From the NCBI GenBank assembly GCA_963751345.1, contig CAVVUS010000014.1, positions 224,001 to 288,000 of the forward strand: 64,000 nt of DNA, given 5' to 3'. Below are positions 9,376-19,602 of the stretch, one piece after another. Position numbers and translations under genes: made by a program. The DNA comes from an uncultured Chloroflexia bacterium (GTDB lineage Bacteria > Chloroflexota > Anaerolineae > B4-G1 > SLSP01). The notes below the pieces were generated by a model that had not been told where the DNA came from, made no database searches, and saw only the letters and a program-made list of their open reading frames with translations. How positions within the stretch are numbered: the stretch's first letter is position 1; each line of letters opens with the position of its first letter.

Positions 9376-10722
9376 ATGATTCGTACGGCGGAAAGCGAAA
9401 CAGTGCCCACAATACCAACAACCATCCATACGGTGACTCCTGTGGCGAACTCACGACTCAGTGGCTTCTACCAGCGCTCCATCGAAGAACGCATCAAAGT
9501 CATTCGGGACCAGGTCTCCTTGTCGGACGATGAGGTCCGGGTTCTGAGCGCGGGTATGGGGCTGCAGGCCGATCAGGCCGATCATATGGTCGAGAACGCC
9601 CTCGGTCTGTATGCCTTGCCGCTGGGCATTGCCACGAACTTCGTCGTAAACCACAAAGACGTGCTGGTGCCTATGGTGATCGAAGAGCCCTCGGTGATCG
9701 CCGGCGCATCTCTGGCTGCCAAGCTGGCACGCGCGGGGGGCGGGTTCCACGCCGAAGCGGACGATCCTGTGATGATCGGCCAGATCCAGCTCGTCGACGT
9801 CGCCGACCTCCAGGCTGGGCGCGAAGCGATCCAAACGCACAAGTCCGAGTTGATGGCACTCGCCGATGAGGTCGATCCGGTGCTCGTCGGGCTTGGCGGG
9901 GGCGCTAGGGACATCCACGTACGTGCCCTGGACACGCCGAAGGGTCCGATGTTAATTGTGCACTTGCTCTTCGACGTCCGGGATGCGATGGGGGCCAATG
10001 CGGTGAACACGGCGTGCGAGCAGCTTGCGCCAAAGCTTGGCGCGCTCACCGGCGGCAGGCCCTATTTGCGCATCCTGAGTAATCTGGCAGATCAACGGCT
10101 GGCGCGGGCTACGGTAACGATACCTGAGGCTGCGTTGGCGTTCAGAGATTTCGAGGGAAGTGAGGTGGCCGAGGGCATCGAGTTGGCCTGGGCCTTCGCT
10201 GCCGCTGATCCCCATCGCGCCACAACACACAACAAGGGCATCATGAACGGAGTCGATGCCGTAGTATTGGCCACCGGCAACGATTGGCGCGCTGTTGAGG
10301 CAGGCGCGCACGCCTATGCCGCCCGGAATGGAACGTATACCAGCCTGAGCACGTGGCGCCGCGACGGCAAAGGGAATCTCGTCGGAACTCTTGAAATGCC
10401 GCTGGCCCTTGGTACCATCGGGGGCGCGACGCGGGTCCACCCCACGGCCCAGGTGGTGCTGAAGGTCCTTGGTGTCGAGAACGCGAGAGAGCTTGCAGAG
10501 ATTGTCGTGAGCGTGGGGCTGGCTCAGAATCTGGCCGCCATCCGGGCCCTGGCTACGGAGGGCATCCAGAAGGGCCATATGAGTCTGCACGCTCGCCAGG
10601 TGGCGATGGCGGCAGGCGCCCAGGGACCAGAGATCGATCAGGTCGCCCAAGCTATGATTGCTGATCATACGATTCGTATTGACTACGCCAAGACGCTGCT
10701 TGATGGACAGCGCAAATGTTGA
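9376..10722 (+). CDS. mvaA: HMG-CoA reductase, class II (true start may be slightly downstream)
   Basis: MVENALG, EEPSVIAGAS, DAMGANAVN, THNKGIMNG, GNDWRAVEAGAH, GIQKGHMSLH. Confidence 0.93.
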   Translation: MIRTAESETVPTIPTTIHTVTPVANSRLSGFYQRSIEERIKVIRDQVSLSDDEVRVLSAGMGLQADQADHMVENALGLYALPLGIATNFVVNHKDVLVPMVIEEPSVIAGASLAAKLARAGGGFHAEADDPVMIGQIQLVDVADLQAGREAIQTHKSELMALADEVDPVLVGLGGGARDIHVRALDTPKGPMLIVHLLFDVRDAMGANAVNTACEQLAPKLGALTGGRPYLRILSNLADQRLARATVTIPEAALAFRDFEGSEVAEGIELAWAFAAADPHRATTHNKGIMNGVDAVVLATGNDWRAVEAGAHAYAARNGTYTSLSTWRRDGKGNLVGTLEMPLALGTIGGATRVHPTAQVVLKVLGVENARELAEIVVSVGLAQNLAAIRALATEGIQKGHMSLHARQVAMAAGAQGPEIDQVAQAMIADHTIRIDYAKTLLDGQRKC

Positions 10723-10734
10723 GAGGAGTGGTGT

Positions 10735-11796
10735 GTGAGTAGTGTGCGTTTGATGAACCCGCAGCGGGCCGTAGGGATTGCCGGTTATGGCTCATACATC
10801 CCTATGTATCGGCTGCCCGGTACGGAAATCGCGAGGGTGTGGTCCGGTTCAGGACGCGGTCCCATTCGCGAAAAGGCCGTTGCCGGTCTCGATGAGGACA
10901 CGGTGACCATCTCGCTGGAGGCCGCACGCAATGCCATCGCGCGGTCCGAGGTTCCGCCCGAAGCGCTGCGAGCTATCTGGATTGGCAGCGAATCTCCACC
11001 TTACGCCGTGAAGCCCTCGTCCACAATAGTGGCCGAGGCCCTCGGTGCGACACCGTACCTGCTGGCGGCCGATTTCGAGTTTGCGTGCAAAGCGGGCACA
11101 GAGGCCCTACAAGCCGCGCTCGGGCTGGTGGGCTCCGGGATGGGAGAGTTTGCCCTGGCCATCGGCGCCGACACCGCGCAGGGGCGTCCCGGCGACGAAC
11201 TCGAATATACTGCGGCCAGCGGCGGCAGTGCCTTCGTGGTAGGGCCGGCGGATAGCGCGGTGGCGACCTTTCTTGGATCGCTCTCCTACGCCACCGACAC
11301 ACCTGATTTCTGGCGCCGCGCCTACCAGCACTACCCCAGCCACGGCGGACGATTCACCGGCGAGCCCGCCTACTTCCATCATACGGAGTCCGCTGCGGCT
11401 GCCTTGATGGAGGAGCTGGGTATGTCGGCGAGTGATTTCGACTACGCGGTCTTCCACCAGCCAAACGTCAAGTTTCCCACGCGCGCTGCCAAGCGATTGG
11501 GATTCACACCGGAGCAGATCGAGCCGGGTCTCCTGAGCAACGTGATCGGCAACACCTATGCAGGCGCATCCCTGACAGGCTTCTCGGCGGTGCTGGACAT
11601 TGCCCAGCCGGGCGCGCGGATCCTCCTGGTCAGCTTCGGCTCCGGCGCAGGCTCGGACGCCTTTGCCTGGGAGGTCACGGAGCGCATCGAATCGCGCCGG
11701 GACAAGGCCCCGACCGTGTCTGACTATATTCGCCGGCGTGTGGAGATCGACTACGCACTTTACGCCCGCTTCCGCGGGAAACTGCGGGACGCCTAG
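10735..11796 (+). CDS. HMG-CoA synthase, archaeal type
   Basis: [20 protein letters not shown] catalytic Cys, [34 protein letters not shown]. Confidence 0.93.
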   Translation: MSSVRLMNPQRAVGIAGYGSYIPMYRLPGTEIARVWSGSGRGPIREKAVAGLDEDTVTISLEAARNAIARSEVPPEALRAIWIGSESPPYAVKPSSTIVAEALGATPYLLAADFEFACKAGTEALQAALGLVGSGMGEFALAIGADTAQGRPGDELEYTAASGGSAFVVGPADSAVATFLGSLSYATDTPDFWRRAYQHYPSHGGRFTGEPAYFHHTESAAAALMEELGMSASDFDYAVFHQPNVKFPTRAAKRLGFTPEQIEPGLLSNVIGNTYAGASLTGFSAVLDIAQPGARILLVSFGSGAGSDAFAWEVTERIESRRDKAPTVSDYIRRRVEIDYALYARFRGKLRDA

Positions 11797-11852
11797 GACT
11801 ATCTCCCCCGTGGGAGGGAGTTGGAACCAGTAAGAAGGGACAGAGAACTCGA

Positions 11853-13082
11853 ATGCGGGATGTAGCTATTATCGGTATCGGTCAGACCCGAGTGGATGAG
11901 CATTGGAGCGTCGGTATCCGGCACCTGATGCTGGAGGCGGGGCTCAGTGCCCTGCGAGACGCCAACCTCGAGACGGTCGACGCCGTCTACGTGGGCAATA
12001 TGCTCTCAGGTGAGATCTCGGGTCAATCACATTTAGGCGCCCTGGCAGTGGACTTTATGGGCCTGCACGGCGCCGAGGCCTTCAAGGTGGAGGCTGCGTG
12101 CGCCTCGGGCGCAGCGGCTTTGAGAGTGGGCTATATGGCGGTCGCCAGCGGGCTCGTCGACCTCGTCCTGGCCTTGGGCGTCGAGAAGATGACGGACACC
12201 TCAGGGCGTGAGACGACGGCGGCATTGGCCGGGGCAGCGGACGCCGAGTATGAGGTCAGCCAGGGCATCTCGTTTGTGGCGCTCAATGCGCTGTTGATGC
12301 AGCGCTATATGTACGAGTTCGGCTGGAAACGGGAGGACTTCGCCAACTTCTCCGTCAACGCCCACGCTAACGGCGCCAATAATCCTAACGCGATGTTCCA
12401 ATCGAAGATCACGGCTGAGGCTTACGCACGCGCGCCGATGATCGCGACGCCGGTGGGGCTCTTCGATGCCTCGCCGGTGTGTGACGGCTCGGCCGCAGTG
12501 GTGTTGGCCCCCGCGGAATATGCGCGGACCTTGAGCCCGGCGCCGGTGAAACTTCGAGCCTCGGCCGTGGGAATGGCACCGTTGGCAGTTCACGACCGGA
12601 AAGACCCCCTGACCCTTGAGGCTGCGGTGACCTCGTCACAAAAAGCCTTCAAGCAGGCAGGAATCACGCGGAAGGATCTCGACTTCTTCGAGCTACACGA
12701 CGCCTTCACAATTATGGCGGCGTTGAGCCTGGAGGCGGCGGGCTTCGCCGAGCGAGGCAAGGGGGTGCAGCTTGCGATGGACAATGAGATCTCACTCCAG
12801 GGCCGAGTGCCCATCGCCACGATGGGGGGGCTGAAAGCGCGAGGCCATCCCGTCGGCGCGACGGGCCTCTATCAGATCGTGGAGACCGTTCTGCAACTAC
12901 GAGGACTGGCAGGACCCAACCAAATACCGAACGCGCATCTCGCCATGACGCAGAATATCGGCGGAAGTGGCGCGACGATCATCACACACATCCTGGAGAC
13001 GGATGGAGTAACAGAGCGTTGGCGCGTTTTAACGTTCAAACGTTTGAACGTGAAAACGTGTCAACGCAATAGCGTCTTATAG
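11853..13082 (+). CDS. Acetoacetyl-CoA thiolase, archaeal type
   Basis: VEAACASG, GVEKMTD, ELHDAF, GGLKARGHPVGATG, QNIGGSG. The last ~25 aa run into an 8-bp repeat array; the true stop may be the TAA near 13009 if there is a 1-nt indel. Confidence 0.9.
   Translation: MRDVAIIGIGQTRVDEHWSVGIRHLMLEAGLSALRDANLETVDAVYVGNMLSGEISGQSHLGALAVDFMGLHGAEAFKVEAACASGAAALRVGYMAVASGLVDLVLALGVEKMTDTSGRETTAALAGAADAEYEVSQGISFVALNALLMQRYMYEFGWKREDFANFSVNAHANGANNPNAMFQSKITAEAYARAPMIATPVGLFDASPVCDGSAAVVLAPAEYARTLSPAPVKLRASAVGMAPLAVHDRKDPLTLEAAVTSSQKAFKQAGITRKDLDFFELHDAFTIMAALSLEAAGFAERGKGVQLAMDNEISLQGRVPIATMGGLKARGHPVGATGLYQIVETVLQLRGLAGPNQIPNAHLAMTQNIGGSGATIITHILETDGVTERWRVLTFKRLNVKTCQRNSVL
13015..13078 (+). repeat. 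Tandem 8-bp-period array, consensus AACGTNNN, 8 units
   Basis: agcgttgg cgcgtttt aacgttca aacgtttg aacgtgaa aacgtgtc aacgcaat agcgtctt. Confidence 0.8.
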
Positions 13083-13100
13083 CGAAAGGGAGCCAACATT

Positions 13101-13502
13101 ATGGAGTCCAAAGTAGCAAACGATTGGCGGTTGCGGGGACAGCGCTATCGGCTGGAGGGTGAAGTATGCGACCACTGCGGGGCGGCCATCTTCCCCCCGC
13201 GCGACATCTGCCCGGAGTGCAACGAGCCGGCCAAGACCCCGGCCCCGTTGAGTGGTCGTGGCGAGGTGTACTCCTTTAGCACCGTCTACAGCGCGCCCGA
13301 GGGCTTTGAGCCCTACACACCCTATACCGTGGCGCTTGTGAAGCTGGAAGAGGGCCCCGTCGTCACGGCGCAGCTCACCGACGTCGCCCCGAACGACGTC
13401 CGGATCGGGATGTCCGTCGAGATGGTCACCCGCCGCCTGCGCACGAACGGCGACGAGGGCACGATTGTGTATGGCTATAAGTTCCGACCTTCTGGATTTT
13501 AA
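13101..13502 (+). CDS. DUF35 Zn-ribbon/OB-fold protein (thiolase-HMGCS scaffold)
   Basis: CDHCG...FPPRDICPEC zinc ribbon, OB fold PYTVALVKLEEG, YGYKFRP. Confidence 0.92.
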   Translation: MESKVANDWRLRGQRYRLEGEVCDHCGAAIFPPRDICPECNEPAKTPAPLSGRGEVYSFSTVYSAPEGFEPYTPYTVALVKLEEGPVVTAQLTDVAPNDVRIGMSVEMVTRRLRTNGDEGTIVYGYKFRPSGF

Positions 13503-13555
13503 CATTCGCTGGAACTTCACAGCCCACGTATCATCGCCTCTTCGCAGTATCTGAG

Positions 13556-13581
13556 TTGCCGCCGGTGAGGCCCGGCGGCAA
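13556..13581. terminator. GC-rich hairpin between convergent genes
   Basis: TTGCCGCCGG-tgaggc-CCGGCGGCAA. Confidence 0.55.
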
Positions 13582-13602
13582 CCCAAGATCGTCACCTACA
13601 GC

Positions 13603-15378
13603 TCAGCCGTGGTAGGTAACGGTGCCGTCCGGCTCACGGGTGAAGTGGCACAGGAACGTGTCCCACGTCAACTGCGCCATCTCCGCGGTGTAGGTGTGCG
13701 GGCAATTGCGCATGATCGTGAACTGCACCATAGGCGCGTGGTTCCCGTCGTACATCACGAGCGTGTGATAGTTGCCGTTGTCATACCAGTTGTCCGGCTG
13801 CATCGCCATAGCGTTGGCCTTGCAATAGGCGGCGAGCGTCTCCCACGCCACCGAGCCCTCGCTGAGATCGCCTGAAAACAGATCGTATTCCCCGATCATG
13901 AACCAGGTGGGACGCTGGATTTCGTTTGGGAGGGGTTCGACCTTGCCGGGCCCCATAGCGCCGAGAGAACCCGTCGGGCTGAACGCCGCGAAGCGTTCCG
14001 GCATCGTGCGGCTGAGATCCTGAACCATCATGCCGCCATTGGAGTGACCGACGGCATAGATGCGCGACGCGTCGATGGCGTAGTTACCGGTCATATCGTC
14101 GAGAAGCCTCTCGAAGTACGGGATCTCGCTGATGTCGCCCTCTCTCTGTAGCGCCCCACAAGCCCATCTGGGGAGTTGCAGCCTTGCCAGCATCCCCCCC
14201 TGGGGATAGGCGGACGGGAATACCACGAAGAAGCCGCGCTCCTCGCCCAGCCTGTACCAGTCGCTGGTCTGCTCGAAGTACTCGGAGTTGCAGGAATAGC
14301 CGTGAATCGCCAGGACCAGCGGGTAGGTCTTCCCGTCGTCGGGCCGGTAACAGGACGGCACGTAGACGTCCCAGTATCGGTCAAGTCCGTCGATCACCTG
14401 GTGCACGCGCTCGACGCCCACGTCCTCGGGGCTTCGGCGAGGGCGCAGGTGATTGTTGCCGAAGCCGCCCCACCGGGCAAACCTTAGCACAAAACTCAGC
14501 ATCTCCTCGTCCAGGGTCTCGCGGCTCATCCCATCCACGCTCTTAGCGTCCGCGATCCAGACCTGCGAGATCGGCTGGTCGTTCACGAAGTATGCCCCGC
14601 GCCTCGGCTGCTCCAGGTACACCTGGGCAAAGCCGTTGGACAGGTGCTCCTCCTTCGCACGGATGATCTCCTTCATATACGCCGCGGTCGCGCCCGCCTT
14701 GCCACTTCTGTCCACGATGAAGCCCGGCAGCGCGATGTCCGTCTTTTTCAGCGTGTCGATGCCGTCCGACGGGAGCCGCCGCAGGACATCCAATAGCTCC
14801 GGGTCCACGGCGCAGTCGCCGTCGGCTGCAAAGGCCGGATACGTCGCGCTATACGTGAGGGCAAACGCTGTCGCGATGGTCGCACCCTCGCCAAAGCCTA
14901 TGGGGTAGATGAAGGCCTCGCAGATATCCACGGTCACGCGGGCCAGATACTCCAGGTCCACGATCTTCTGGGCGTAGTCGAACTCCTTGGAGATGTCCTC
15001 TTTGTCCCAGGCCTCACTCTCAAGCACGATGAGCGCCATATGGTACTTTTCTGCCAGCGCCGTCCAGTGGCCGGACCGCAGGAACGCCTCCGCCTTCACG
15101 CCGCTGTCGGGGAAGATCAGCGCCGCCGGGCCCTTGGAGGGCATGCTGTGGGCCACGTAGATCGCATAGGCGCGCTTATGCGTCCCCATATCCGCTTCCC
15201 TCAGGAAGAGTCCCGTGTTCGGTTGGGCGTAGGGATTCGCCGGATCGATCGGCACGGTCTCGTCAACGGGCGCGCGCTTCATCGGCTTCGGCGCGTACTT
15301 GGTTCCCTTTGGGATACGCGGCATCAGCATGGACCGGTTGTTCAACGGGCTGAAATGAAAGCTGGTGTATTTTCCCAT
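13603..15378 (-). CDS. Two-domain PHB-depolymerase/LpqC-family esterase
   Basis: C-terminal domain YPLVLAIHG, GHSNGG, GEYD, CPH; N-terminal domain degenerate (GFGEGA lacks Ser). ATG at 15378 follows a GGAG-type RBS. Confidence 0.75.
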   Translation of the reverse strand: MGKYTSFHFSPLNNRSMLMPRIPKGTKYAPKPMKRAPVDETVPIDPANPYAQPNTGLFLREADMGTHKRAYAIYVAHSMPSKGPAALIFPDSGVKAEAFLRSGHWTALAEKYHMALIVLESEAWDKEDISKEFDYAQKIVDLEYLARVTVDICEAFIYPIGFGEGATIATAFALTYSATYPAFAADGDCAVDPELLDVLRRLPSDGIDTLKKTDIALPGFIVDRSGKAGATAAYMKEIIRAKEEHLSNGFAQVYLEQPRRGAYFVNDQPISQVWIADAKSVDGMSRETLDEEMLSFVLRFARWGGFGNNHLRPRRSPEDVGVERVHQVIDGLDRYWDVYVPSCYRPDDGKTYPLVLAIHGYSCNSEYFEQTSDWYRLGEERGFFVVFPSAYPQGGMLARLQLPRWACGALQREGDISEIPYFERLLDDMTGNYAIDASRIYAVGHSNGGMMVQDLSRTMPERFAAFSPTGSLGAMGPGKVEPLPNEIQRPTWFMIGEYDLFSGDLSEGSVAWETLAAYCKANAMAMQPDNWYDNGNYHTLVMYDGNHAPMVQFTIMRNCPHTYTAEMAQLTWDTFLCHFTREPDGTVTYHG

Positions 15379-15403
15379 TCTTTTCCTCTCCGGATCAACT
15401 TGA

Positions 15404-15520
15404 GTGTTCGATGATGCGTCCGAGCACCGGAACTTCGTCATTGGGTCGGGATGCGACCTGCCGCCCGGCACCCCTCCGGAGAATCTGCAAGCCTTCTACG
15501 AAACGGTGCGGGCGGCATAG
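15404..15520 (+). pseudogene. C-terminal remnant of a uroporphyrinogen decarboxylase/MtaA-family gene
   Basis: Translates as VFDDASEHRNFVIGSGCDLPPGTPPENLQAFYETVRAA*, with an in-frame TGA immediately upstream. Confidence 0.6.
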
Positions 15521-15600
15521 CGGTACAAGGATCCTATCTTGGCCGGAGGCTCCGGGCCTTGGCAGACCAAACGTTCAGGGTGATGTGACCATGACGGACT

Positions 15601-16740
15601 CTACTGCGACGGCGTTTTCCCTGCCAGCAGCCTGTCCGCCCCGGACTGCGCGACCATCCGCGCCATCTCCAGCGGTCCCAGTTTCCCGCGGGTGTGGGCC
15701 AGGCGGATCATCGTGCGGGCGATATCCGGCGGGATGTTGGGTTGCTCTGCGTCAGGCTTGCGCTCTAATGTCAGTGCCCCCGTCGGACAGGTGCTGACGC
15801 ACAGGCCGCAGCCGATGCAACGTCCGAGATCCAGCGTCGCCCTGCCGGCTACGACCGCCAGGGCCTCCATCTGACAGCGACCCACGCACACCCCACAGCC
15901 GATGCACGTCTCCGGGTCGAGGTGCGCTCGAAAGGTCGTGGCGACGAGCGACGCAGGGTCGGGATAGCGCTTCAGGTTGCGGAGCACGCCGCAACAGCAG
16001 CCGCAGCACGCACAGATGAAGGCTGCCTCCCTGGAGTTGCTGGGCTGTAGCACGAGGCCCGCCTCATTGGCCAACGCGATGACGTCCAGCGCCTCTTCGT
16101 GGGTGATATAGCGTCCCATCCCGTTGCGCACGTAGAAATCGGCCCCACCGTCGAAGGAGAGGCACGTCTCCCGCGGTTTGTCACAGGGATCGCCGAGGAT
16201 CTCTTTCTCCTGACGGCAGATGCACGGCGCCACCGCGACACGGTCGTGGCTTCGAATCAGGGGCTCTGCCTGCTCGTAGGCCAGGACTTCGGGGGTCGTA
16301 GAAATGGCTTCGTTGACGGGAATAGTACGGAGTTGGGGAACCCGTTCCCACACGTCAGGCTTGAAGAGCGTGGGCCAGTAGGCCTCCACGTCGCGGATGA
16401 AACCCTCGTCCATCTTGTTCAGTTGGTATTCGTAGATGCCGACGACGAACTGGGCCGCCTGATAACGCGGCGGACGATTCTCGTGGTGGATGCTGAAAAT
16501 GAGCCCCTTCTCCGCCATTGCGGCGAGCAACGACGCCATCTCCTCCGTCGGTCGGCCGGCCCTCCGAGCGATGACACGCGCGGTCTCGGGAATCAGCGTG
16601 AGCCGACAGGCAATCTCGGCCTCCTCCGGGGTAAAGAGCCGGCGGAGAATCCGGAGTTCCAGCCCGTCTTCGGTGGCAGGGAAGCCGCCGGGCAGGTCAT
16701 CCAGGTGCTCGCGCAAAGCCTCGTAGATCGGGTCGTTCAA
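15601..16740 (-). CDS. 4Fe-4S dicluster protein with N-terminal wHTH
   Basis: CICR, ICACCGCCC, CIGCGVCVGRC, CIGCGLCVSTCP. Confidence 0.85.
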   Translation of the reverse strand: MNDPIYEALREHLDDLPGGFPATEDGLELRILRRLFTPEEAEIACRLTLIPETARVIARRAGRPTEEMASLLAAMAEKGLIFSIHHENRPPRYQAAQFVVGIYEYQLNKMDEGFIRDVEAYWPTLFKPDVWERVPQLRTIPVNEAISTTPEVLAYEQAEPLIRSHDRVAVAPCICRQEKEILGDPCDKPRETCLSFDGGADFYVRNGMGRYITHEEALDVIALANEAGLVLQPSNSREAAFICACCGCCCGVLRNLKRYPDPASLVATTFRAHLDPETCIGCGVCVGRCQMEALAVVAGRATLDLGRCIGCGLCVSTCPTGALTLERKPDAEQPNIPPDIARTMIRLAHTRGKLGPLEMARMVAQSGADRLLAGKTPSQ

Positions 16741-16940
16741 ATCGCTCTCCTCGTTGGGACCAACGGTATGGCCCTATGGTACCGGGTCGGCGACCGGAGG
16801 CAAGCGGCGCAGGCAGGGGCGCGGCGCAGGTTGGTAACACATCGCACCGACCGCAGTGCAGCTTTCCCACGATTTGAAGTTGTCCGGCTTTCACATTACA
16901 CTCTAGCCCTTGTTCTCATCATCTTACGTGGGGGTGTCCG

Positions 16941-18194
16941 GTGGAACAGCCGACGTTCAAAGTCTACGGTTATCGTTGGATCGTGCTCTTAGCATTCATG
17001 TGTATCGTCGTCGCCAACCAGTTCTTATGGATCACGTTCGCGCCGATCACGAGCAGTGCCGCCGCCTTTTACGGCGTCTCGGATCTCAGCATCGGGCTCC
17101 TGTCAATGAGCTTCATGATCGTCTACCTCGTCGTCTCGATCCCTGCCTCATGGGCCATAGACACGTATGGGATCCGCGTTGCCGTGGGGATAGGCGCGGC
17201 GCTCACAGGTGTCTTTGGCCTGCTTCGGGGTCTGTTGGCGGCGAATTTCACGCTGGTACTCATTTCGCAAATCGGCATCGCCGTGGGGCAACCGTTTATC
17301 CTCAACGCCATCACCAAGGTAGCCGCACGTTGGTTTCCAATTCGCGAACGCGCGACCGCGTCAGGTTTCGCGTCGCTGGCCATGTATCTTGGGATTATGC
17401 TCGGCCTGGTGCTGACTCCCTACCTTACGATTCGCTCCGGCATGGCTCAGATGCTTGTCATCTATGGTATCGTGTCCGTGATCGCCGCGATGGTGTTCTT
17501 TGGGTTTGCCAGGGAGCATCCCCCAACACCTCCGTGTCTCCCAGGCCAGGAGGAGCGCGCGCTGGTTTTTGACGGCCTCAAACTGGCCCTAGGCAGGAAG
17601 AGCTTTGTCCTGCTGATGCTGGTCTTCTTTGTGGGGTTGGGCGTGTTCAATGCAGTCACGACGTGGATCGAGGACATCGTAAGGCCGAGGGGGTTCTCGA
17701 TCACGCAGGCGGGCATGACCGGAGGCCTGATGGTCATCGGGGGCATCGTCGGTGCTCTGGTTCTGCCAACGCTGTCCGATCGCTCTCACAGGAGAATCCC
17801 CTTCATGATCCTGGCTTTGGCCGGTGCAACTCTAGGGCTGATCGGCATCACCTACGCCACGGTCTACTGGCTCCTGCTTGTCTCTGCATTTTCCATGGGT
17901 TTCTTTCTGCTGGCTTCAGGCCCGATCGGATTCCAGTACGGCGCCGAGATTGCCTACCCGGCGCCGGAGGGCACCACAAACGGCTTGCTCCTGCTCATGG
18001 GCCAGATCTCGGGGATCGCCTTCATCTTTGGGATGGACGCCCTCAAGTCTCCGGCTACAGGCTCGATGACCCTCTCACTGGCTATTCTCATTGGGTTGAT
18101 GGTCCTGGGCCTGCTCCTTGGCACAAGGCTCAGGGAATCGACGATGATGACCGGAGACGTGAGCCCTTCACAGCCCGACCTGCAGGGCTACTAA
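16941..18194 (+). CDS. MFS transporter
   Basis: ~12 hydrophobic segments, IDTYGIR, WFPIRERATASG, LSDRSHRR. Confidence 0.9.
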   Translation: MEQPTFKVYGYRWIVLLAFMCIVVANQFLWITFAPITSSAAAFYGVSDLSIGLLSMSFMIVYLVVSIPASWAIDTYGIRVAVGIGAALTGVFGLLRGLLAANFTLVLISQIGIAVGQPFILNAITKVAARWFPIRERATASGFASLAMYLGIMLGLVLTPYLTIRSGMAQMLVIYGIVSVIAAMVFFGFAREHPPTPPCLPGQEERALVFDGLKLALGRKSFVLLMLVFFVGLGVFNAVTTWIEDIVRPRGFSITQAGMTGGLMVIGGIVGALVLPTLSDRSHRRIPFMILALAGATLGLIGITYATVYWLLLVSAFSMGFFLLASGPIGFQYGAEIAYPAPEGTTNGLLLLMGQISGIAFIFGMDALKSPATGSMTLSLAILIGLMVLGLLLGTRLRESTMMTGDVSPSQPDLQGY

Positions 18195-18280
18195 ACCAAT
18201 CCGGTCAAGAGGATGGCGATAGGGCCCGCCCATCCGATTGAGTCACGGGGCGAAGTGCATCTGGCATTCCCTTCAGCCTG

Positions 18281-18320
18281 AGAAGATGCCCCGCGATTTC
18301 GCGAGGCGTCTTCTTGTGTT
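18281..18320 (+). terminator. Probable intrinsic terminator
   Basis: AGAAGATGCCCCGCGA-tt-TCGCGAGGCGTCTTCT followed by TGTGTT. Confidence 0.5.
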
Positions 18321-18438
18321 ACTATGCCGTCGGACGTGGGTTCAGCACCGGATCCTGGCTGGTCCATCTCACGCTGGACCCGGAGCGTGATGGATCTTGT
18401 TCCACATCTGCGAAGCATATCACAAAGGAGACTTTCAG

Positions 18439-19536
18439 GTGAAAACCAATCCTTTCCTCGATCTCGGAGATCTTTATGCCGGCCCAGAGATGCAGGTGAT
18501 CCACGAGCAGATGATTCGGTGGATGGAAAGCACGTTCGGATGGGTCGACGGTGTACTGCGTCAGAATCCACCCACATGGCCGGAACCGGCGATTCGCCGG
18601 CACGCATTGTTCGTATTGGACGACCCCCTCCACGTGCTATCGGCACCGATTGAGCCGTGCTTGAACACGTTTCTCAACAGCAGAATCGAGCATGTGGTAT
18701 CGGAGATTGAGGAGGAGGTGGTCACCAGCGGGGCGACCCTCTGGAAGCTATACAACCACGGCTTCGTGGTCAAGACGCCCGAACTCACGATTGGATTCGA
18801 TCTCCATCGAGGTCCCTTCGAGACCTTCCAAATCGAGTCGGGGCTATTCGATAGGATTCTGGAGGCCACGCAGGCGCTCTTCATCAGTCACGCGCATGGC
18901 GACCACGCTGATGCCGATGCCATTCCCAGGATGGTCGAGCTAGATCGACCGGTGATCGTCCCTCCCGGACTCTGGTCAGAGGCCGCGATCTATCCCAAGT
19001 TGGTCAAGCCCGAACGATACTGGGAGCAGGAGAATCGCTTGGCCTTGGGCGACACGGCTATCACGTATCGCGTCTTCCCGGGGCACCAAGGCACGGAACT
19101 GCTCAACAATGTTTACCTGGTGGGCTTGCCGAACGGCCTCCACGTGATGCACACCGGCGACCAGTCGAACCGGGAGGATTTCGGCGTCTGGATCGATGGG
19201 TTGCACGAGCGGTTCAGCGTCGACGTCCTGCTTCCCAACTGCTGGTCAACCGACCTACCGCGGCTGATTCATGAGGTGACTCCCCGTCTGGTGATCACGG
19301 GCCACGAAAACGAGATGTCCCATCCGGTAGACCACCGCGAAGCCTTCTCCAAGACCTATGCGCACATCGCCGGCGAGCCGACCCCGGTCCTGGTGATGGC
19401 CTGGGGCGAACGTTATCACTACGAGCAAGGCCAACTTCTTGGTCCTGTGGCGCCTGAGGATGGTTCGAGAGTGGGTCAAGTACAGGACAGCGCTCTCAAG
19501 ACGGTCCAGGACTACTTACACAGATTTGACGGATAG
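18439..19536 (+). CDS. Metallo-beta-lactamase-fold hydrolase
   Basis: ISHAHGDHAD, PGHQ, HTGD, GHENEMSH; GTG start after AAGGAG. Confidence 0.85.
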   Translation: MKTNPFLDLGDLYAGPEMQVIHEQMIRWMESTFGWVDGVLRQNPPTWPEPAIRRHALFVLDDPLHVLSAPIEPCLNTFLNSRIEHVVSEIEEEVVTSGATLWKLYNHGFVVKTPELTIGFDLHRGPFETFQIESGLFDRILEATQALFISHAHGDHADADAIPRMVELDRPVIVPPGLWSEAAIYPKLVKPERYWEQENRLALGDTAITYRVFPGHQGTELLNNVYLVGLPNGLHVMHTGDQSNREDFGVWIDGLHERFSVDVLLPNCWSTDLPRLIHEVTPRLVITGHENEMSHPVDHREAFSKTYAHIAGEPTPVLVMAWGERYHYEQGQLLGPVAPEDGSRVGQVQDSALKTVQDYLHRFDG

Positions 19537-19602
19537 TGGGTGGCGCTATGAGGACAGCCCAAAAGCCCCCACGGAACCCCGACGCCCCCGAGGATAGATA
19601 GA

